From the IMG/VR virus record IMGVR_UViG_3300044634_003870, positions 1 to 34,157 of that record: a DNA stretch of 34,157 nucleotides; one strand, 5' to 3'. Under the pieces are notes generated by a model. The model was not told the DNA's origin and did no database searches. It worked only from the letters and a program-made list of their open reading frames with translations. The stretch comes from a virus. Its lineage: Duplodnaviria; Caudoviricetes. Of the stretch, positions 30,901-34,157 are shown piece by piece; positions within the stretch are counted from its first letter, which is position 1, and the number at the start of each line of letters is the position of its first letter. The translations under genes and the position numbers were made by a program.

Positions 30901-31724
30901 GTGGAGGAGCTTCCGGGGATACCGCTCATGATGTCGAAAGTGATTCCGAAGAGAATGTTTATATAACAGGGTCATACACTTCCCCAGCTTACTTTTCTCC
31001 TGAAGAGATAGAATCCAGAGGAGGTACTGATATTTATTTGACAAAGTTTAATAAGGATGGATTACTTGTTGATATAGTAACTGCAGGTGGGATGAATAAC
31101 GACTCAGGTGCGGATTTAGTTTTAGATAGTGAAGAAAATATTTATATAACGGGATACTTTGAAGGAGAATCTGAATTTTCTCCTTATGTTGTTCTTTCCC
31201 CTCCAGGAGGTAGCTTAGATGCTTTCTTAGGTAAGATACCTAAACAAAGATTCCAGACCGGTTTAAAAATAGGGGGGGTTCAATCATGGTTGGGCTCACA
31301 TTCTTGGTCTTGGAGAGAGGATAAATTCTACCAGGAGGAATTTGAAATACCGATAGCAACAACAATATTTATAAACCCTATAGATTCATTAATACCTGGT
31401 AAGAAGGATCATATATGGACTTTAAGAGACACTGAGAGCAATAACGTTATTGTTAAAATCAGAAAAACTCCTTATTTTATATGGACCTTCGTAACACCAG
31501 GATTCTATACTATATCTTGTGAATTACAAGACGCAAATGGTAACATATATGAAACTGAGCACAAGGGCAAAATAAGAGTGATAGATCACAAGACTCCTTT
31601 TGCTGGCGACTTAACACCTGAGGTTGTTAATCCGAGTGACTATCTGCTTAGATCAATATACTACGACAGGAAGGATTTTGGATTTCCTCCGTACTCAAGG
31701 TTTGATATACAAGCTGATGTTTAA
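24939..31724 (+). CDS. Giant baseplate wedge/receptor-binding-like protein (2261 aa) with two kinds of beta-propeller repeat
   Basis: Follows gp6. PYLGSYKSLFNAIKFFGY resembles gp7/P2-gpI wedge segments. It has NSxLPxxxIxxI/DxxGxxWIGT repeats, DxxxNVYITGxF (SBBP-like) repeats and a PKD/Ig-like C-terminus (WTFVTPGFYTISCEL). Confidence 0.7.
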   Translation: MAFQNLLFFNKKGDQYNFKWNGDYWEGSVLFEKVSERLFEIEHIFVIEKFLDLSSDIKYGFPHSYGVSPGSPVWRTRWESNYDGRTDVSSTIYTYELGVDGELDAPILVKATNVEFYPEVVVGDTISSPEGIIISSDINPASMQINIALNSNTEGIYDRTLILEDYTDPNNPVTIMSINFHGEVEGEDSRLAVILGNFGRSFNPEDALIVRDSDIKEEFPDYEIINKKRKELLLTGETIFPYLGSYKSLFNAIKFFGYYDLRVKEYWLNIKKDDADTLTPLQQNQTILNQLSQPNIEGQSKLELISSLIKDENEGKFKQVEVYGKNKDGTFGLKKQLDKIFPSKSYKKTSLFGLFYDINKVVEDQDEDQYGYPIVEDSFLFSPEEVLIKLFGLKERLKNDYLPLNARIIDITGEGIYFNIYKTRGWTDSVDISEIKGGIEVDFSVFPNEGYVEDLRPFYIKPNQSGILYPAVNGAEPGISYYGNTVDPYSFFQKYPKSAIPDLESAIVSFYDDQKAGVMPKFLGDGDYDPPGYKLFSDGSDYVFPAGCPIIIKNNTFNLSWEEISGSWTSFDTTITTTNLQIASYTSTASSNPGGNLQTATSTDTFTLPTTFPSNLTINIGTGNNWFSTTSPQIILVRIESADNPGNLVLGYCSSGDYNTVTGDLYVEFMYTRGSGEYSNWKVTPTNLGFSSYVFDYYENFVHSNGFYSWDRIPYLDFYEIEWTIYKDDDDKPYFFQITGDLPGLDTLVHFLPYDGNYNVKCRVWDTLNSISLGIKRGVVKVAKRGIELNTITRFRESETYNWDNMPLKWDSYFSQWLFPVENTNKIIDISQFIQSYPEYSNNFEEGQQCEVLTKLPEIKSTSIFDVGVDEISISTIASNYNGSGYDLATVTTLTPHGYTSGSNVWIYDSTGAPYGQYPITVTGTTTFQIPEIEVTPISGGYVYGSGTVKIIADSVEIASCNFQGDLNATCSLLYSSINSSPINPKYKVINLIDSSVNGYKTFTLQAPNNSGALWNGKPVIIQVTGSILASPSSTAFSGGFNETEAYVPYDFGSLPKKEMKYWGTKRLSWDTFEDFAFEKAYAHTWDMYDYHNDWLGGFDLYSLQYGDRVRVSEDSLGMVFTETDSPGNNYLDLSEAADQLNDSIETNIDRFDYIVRGFSELPNNFYINSNPISPDLSTNPGPKNITSSFYKIPAYSPVLFYPTGIAWDADGDIWVTGEDVVKFDGLNYTTYDSSNSVMPGVSTPTNCIKIDRNDDKWIGINNNLVPLVKINDKDPTKSIAYSVSDFIDNSGNPVSPITASSINAIEINPQSGDVFAAFTCNGSPSFDGLLFYDSHAKSWHLYTTNNSELPSDNIRDLKLEHYGINKWYLWIVTDNGLSRFNGVDFKNYNMNNSGLPDSDLYSIEIDKLGHKWIGTSSSLVYWDHTRWAVWNNGTNPEISLGRFANITETGNANIWFTIDVGTSPGNSELYFFDGYFFTKVLYRNDGVTLINPCNGLNGKVLLSAPWKTIKNGETTYPKNLIFATEDGEIGKLDYVIPHIHASSKIADLKGWDFIYHETSTPLPSIEYIYNSGVGASQLGFNFIVGPFNDNITLNSDYTRPVMPNVDRYSWYKPVWQRYSIDRLKDQFPSLNLDHVFLYAPLRDIITGKATKEPYWKNSQIERIAQKKSRDLFENFEWVITLGNSNPDQGVKVTVDNEGDIIAIGDFTGTIFMGEVNNIGTQDVYLNTLDQGVYVAKYNKGGVLQWARAIGSTSPQGPIYGRSVITDENGNIYVVCDNSLTGFIEINKYNSDGDSLNIINIPVTPSQFIGDIKADKYENVYICGGFEGTLTLGAFSLTSVGQDAGFVAKLDSTLSFVWAKQLSDSNYSKANEIAILKEEYLYLTGVFDTQVNLGTIQLTGVGNPDMFVAKLYTGDGTCLWADSFAYNSSTSFSDTSVCIDPKGHVLVTGSFEGTIEIEGTQISSFPGTTDIFLIKLLSTGKLMWMKMCGGASGDTAHDVESDSEENVYITGSYTSPAYFSPEEIESRGGTDIYLTKFNKDGLLVDIVTAGGMNNDSGADLVLDSEENIYITGYFEGESEFSPYVVLSPPGGSLDAFLGKIPKQRFQTGLKIGGVQSWLGSHSWSWREDKFYQEEFEIPIATTIFINPIDSLIPGKKDHIWTLRDTESNNVIVKIRKTPYFIWTFVTPGFYTISCELQDANGNIYETEHKGKIRVIDHKTPFAGDLTPEVVNPSDYLLRSIYYDRKDFGFPPYSRFDIQADV

Positions 31725-32392
31725 CTAGTATATTCTCTATAAACATCTAGTATTTCTGGAACTATAGGATGTCTATGGTTTTTCTTGAGTGTAATAACTT
31801 TAACCCCACTAACTCTAGATGCTATAGTATTAAGAAAGTCCAATCCCGATTCTTTCTTATTTTTTAAATCTATCTGCGATGTATCACCACATATGATAAG
31901 TTTGGAGTTAACACCAAGTCTACCAAGAACCATTTCCATCTGACTCATGGTTACGTTTTGTGCCTCGTCAACTATAACGCATGAGTTTACTAAAGTTCTA
32001 CCTCTCATAAAAGGAAAAGGAAGTATTTCTATTATACCCTCAGTGATAAGTTTTTGTACCTTATCCTTGTCATAGATCATTTCTAAGTTAGCATAAATAG
32101 GTGCTAACCATGGATCCATTTTCTCTCTAAGATCGCCTGGAAGAAATCCTATATCTTCTTTAGCAACCGTTGGTCTTGTTATCACCAATCTTTCAATCTC
32201 TCGGTTAAAAAGAAGATCAAGAGCTATCTGAACTGCTAATAAGGTTTTACCAGATCCTGCAGCTCCTTTTAAAACACTGACTGGTGTCTCAAGGATTATA
32301 TTCTTTGCCTCCTTTTGTTCCTCGTTTAATGTGAGTTTAAATTTGATTGGGTTTTTAGGTTTTCTCTTTTGAGTCCAATTACTTCCTGTCAT
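31721..32392 (-). CDS. phoH: PhoH-family ATPase
   Basis: Walker A GAAGSGKT, TRPTV, GFLPGD, FMRGRT, IVDEAQN, GDTSQID and RHPIV. Confidence 0.95.
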   Translation of the reverse strand: MTGSNWTQKRKPKNPIKFKLTLNEEQKEAKNIILETPVSVLKGAAGSGKTLLAVQIALDLLFNREIERLVITRPTVAKEDIGFLPGDLREKMDPWLAPIYANLEMIYDKDKVQKLITEGIIEILPFPFMRGRTLVNSCVIVDEAQNVTMSQMEMVLGRLGVNSKLIICGDTSQIDLKNKKESGLDFLNTIASRVSGVKVITLKKNHRHPIVPEILDVYREYTS

Positions 32393-32410
32393 AAGATTTT
32401 TTTTATTTTA

Positions 32411-32431
32411 AGAAACATATTCGATGTTTCT
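32411..32431. promoter_or_regulatory. Perfect 8-bp inverted repeat AGAAACAT-N5-ATGTTTCT (operator or hairpin)
   Basis: Arms at 32411-32418 and 32424-32431, in the divergent intergenic region 18 nt upstream of the phoH start. Confidence 0.5.
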
Positions 32432-32475
32432 CTGTTTAATAATTAACCCTGTCTTTTCTTAAAGTATTAAGTACA

Positions 32476-32484
32476 GGATATATA
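32476..32484 (+). promoter_or_regulatory. Putative late-promoter motif GGATATATA
   Basis: Lies in the divergent gap, where a + strand promoter is expected, 19 nt before ATG 32504. Confidence 0.5.
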
Positions 32485-32503
32485 TCAAAAAAAGAAAAAT
32501 CAA

Positions 32504-33421
32504 ATGGCAATTACAATTACCGAAATCCTTGGAACCGATTCTATTTCCGGATCAAGATTAACTATTAATGCTAACTTTTTGCTATTAGAGAATGCCTATA
32601 ATGATCTAGAAAACACTTTTAATATTAATGTTTTAACTGGATCACTAGACGTTTCTAACGCTTCGAGTGGACAAATTAAATCTAAATCAATGCTAACAAA
32701 TAGCTTGGTTATGCCTGCTTCAGGCTCTCCAACCATACAAATTTATGGAACAGGAGCCAGTGGAGGATCTTTAATTGCCTCGAATACTGTAGCGGCAGCA
32801 ACTGGTATATTCTCTAACGTGATTCAGGTTAATAGTTTTGGAGCATCTGGCCCCGCTACATTGGGAGCAACAGCAACGTTTCAAGGAACTGTTAGCTTAG
32901 AAGGTAGAACGAGCATTGGAGCTTCTGGTAATTTTGTTAACACGAATAGAAAAGCAAGCGTTGGTTCAACAACAGCTTTTCCTTCAGCTCCTGGAGCTGG
33001 TGTTACTGGAACATATTCAGTACCTTATCAATTAACACTAACCGAAAATGTTATCTATATACAATCAGACTTTGTTTCGAGTGCGCCTGCTGACACTGCA
33101 AACGCAACTGGATTTTTCTTTTACGCAACAACTGGCGCTGGAGCAACTTCTTCTGCTATCCCTGCGGGTTACACTGTGACATTAATCGACACCGCAACTA
33201 GTACTGGACTAATCTCTACTGGTGTGACTGGTCCTTCGCCATATTACTATACAGGATTTTCAACTGGTGACGGAGCATACTCCGATCCATCTATTCAAAC
33301 TTCAGGTAACCCATATAAGTCTTCTATTACTCTTATGTGGGAACCTAGAATAGATCAATCAGCTGGTACTCAAAAAGGATCTTGGGTGGTTGTAAATGAC
33401 ACTCAAGGATTCACATACTAA
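32504..33421 (+). CDS. Putative virion fibre/appendage protein (Gly/Ser/Thr/Ala-rich)
   Basis: The N-terminal TDSISGSRLTINANF..LE helix is typical of fibre attachment segments; the body is beta-rich with small residues. Confidence 0.55.
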   Translation: MAITITEILGTDSISGSRLTINANFLLLENAYNDLENTFNINVLTGSLDVSNASSGQIKSKSMLTNSLVMPASGSPTIQIYGTGASGGSLIASNTVAAATGIFSNVIQVNSFGASGPATLGATATFQGTVSLEGRTSIGASGNFVNTNRKASVGSTTAFPSAPGAGVTGTYSVPYQLTLTENVIYIQSDFVSSAPADTANATGFFFYATTGAGATSSAIPAGYTVTLIDTATSTGLISTGVTGPSPYYYTGFSTGDGAYSDPSIQTSGNPYKSSITLMWEPRIDQSAGTQKGSWVVVNDTQGFTY

Positions 33422-33435
33422 TTAAGTATTAATAA

Positions 33436-34157
33436 ATGGCAAAGACACCTTTTATAAGACCCATAGCAGTACAGGGAGGTACATTTTATACGTTCTCGTC
33501 TGCTGCGGAAGATCTATCTTTAACTTTCAATAATTCATTAAAGAAGTTTTCTTTTTCTAAGTATGCTTTGTTAAAGCTTCCTGAATTTGGTTCTCCTATA
33601 TACGGAGAGAATACACTTCAGTTCAATGCTATTGATACTACATTTTTAGATGCTGCTGTTGGGGACTTTATATTAACTAATCCTAATAATTTAAGCCCCT
33701 CACCAGAGATATCATTTCAGAATTACTGTTTAAATCTCGAATCTACCGTTCTTTCAGATCCAAATTACAATCCAGATCTAAAAAGGAATGTATCTGAAAG
33801 AATTTTTTGGAAATGGGTAAAAGAATTAGGGGGAGTAAGATATAGGACTGCTAATTCAAACGAGGTGGTTGCTTCATTAAACCAGACTTCAACTACAACA
33901 AAGGATGGTTTTCCTTATTCTGATAAAAGATGGGTAGAGGAAGACACATATTTAACGGGGAATGGATCTCCAACACCTAGATATGAAAGAATTGTCCAAT
34001 ACATAGGAGATATTGATGTAGTTAACTCTGTCCAGAACTCGAGCAATGCTTATTCTGAAGTTTATATTCACATACCAACTAGTGACGGAGGAACACCTTA
34101 TGTTCTTTTTAAAACAGTTGCTGATGAGAACTACTATCCTGATAGAACGTGGACTCA
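33436..34157 (+). CDS. Hypothetical, probably structural protein, 3' truncated (absent from the ORF track)
   Basis: ATG 33436 starts MAKTPFIRPIAVQGGTFYTFSSAAEDL...SERIFWKWVKELGG...YSEVYIHIPT; the frame stays open to the window end. Confidence 0.85.
   Translation, partial: MAKTPFIRPIAVQGGTFYTFSSAAEDLSLTFNNSLKKFSFSKYALLKLPEFGSPIYGENTLQFNAIDTTFLDAAVGDFILTNPNNLSPSPEISFQNYCLNLESTVLSDPNYNPDLKRNVSERIFWKWVKELGGVRYRTANSNEVVASLNQTSTTTKDGFPYSDKRWVEEDTYLTGNGSPTPRYERIVQYIGDIDVVNSVQNSSNAYSEVYIHIPTSDGGTPYVLFKTVADENYYPDRTWT

Noticed and set aside
665-31044. Short ORFs nested in or antisense to the long genes (for example 5553-5927, 10554-10958, 23082-23483, 8084-8269, 16693-16881)
   Set aside because: They lie within or almost entirely within well-supported genes, have no motifs and look like shadow ORFs.
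6439-31724. Bacterial contractile injection system (eCIS, T6SS or tailocin) next to a chromosomal LPS locus
   Set aside because: The gp13-like neck protein implies a head. phoH, a truncated S1, T4-style gp6/gp25/gp53, many orphans and uniform tight packing fit a large phage. No capsid, portal or terminase is in the window, so this remains an inference.
1-34157. Stop-codon reassignment (TAG or TGA), as in some large phages
   Set aside because: ORFs up to 6.8 kb are intact under the standard code. Reading through the three TAG stops (5426, 5931, 24937) adds only a few codons and fuses nothing. TAA dominance fits the AT content.

Overview
A gene-dense, AT-rich segment that is almost all on the + strand. 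It is best read as part of a large (jumbo-type) myovirus genome, probably infecting Bacteroidota; both assignments are inferences. From left to right: (i) a tightly overlapping sugar cassette with GDP-L-fucose synthase (5' truncated), GDP-mannose 4,6-dehydratase, a SIS-only arabinose-5-phosphate isomerase, Kdo-8-phosphate synthase, a GT2 glycosyltransferase and a SAM methyltransferase; (ii) small hypothetical genes and a Nudix hydrolase; (iii) a T4-like baseplate/neck module with two putative tube-fold proteins, gp53/LysM-like, hub-like, gp5 OB-fold spike, a 1698-aa unknown, gp13-like neck, gp25, gp6 and a 2261-aa wedge/beta-propeller protein, interrupted by a four-domain ribosomal protein S1 homolog and a degenerate amidoligase; (iv) phoH, the only convincing minus-strand gene, followed by two more probable virion genes, the last truncated. 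Two recurrent promoter-like motifs (GAAA-N19-TAKAA and GRRTATATA) occupy most of the larger intergenic gaps. I saw no rRNA, tRNA, CRISPR array or mobile element. All family calls come from motifs recognised by eye; no database searches were run.
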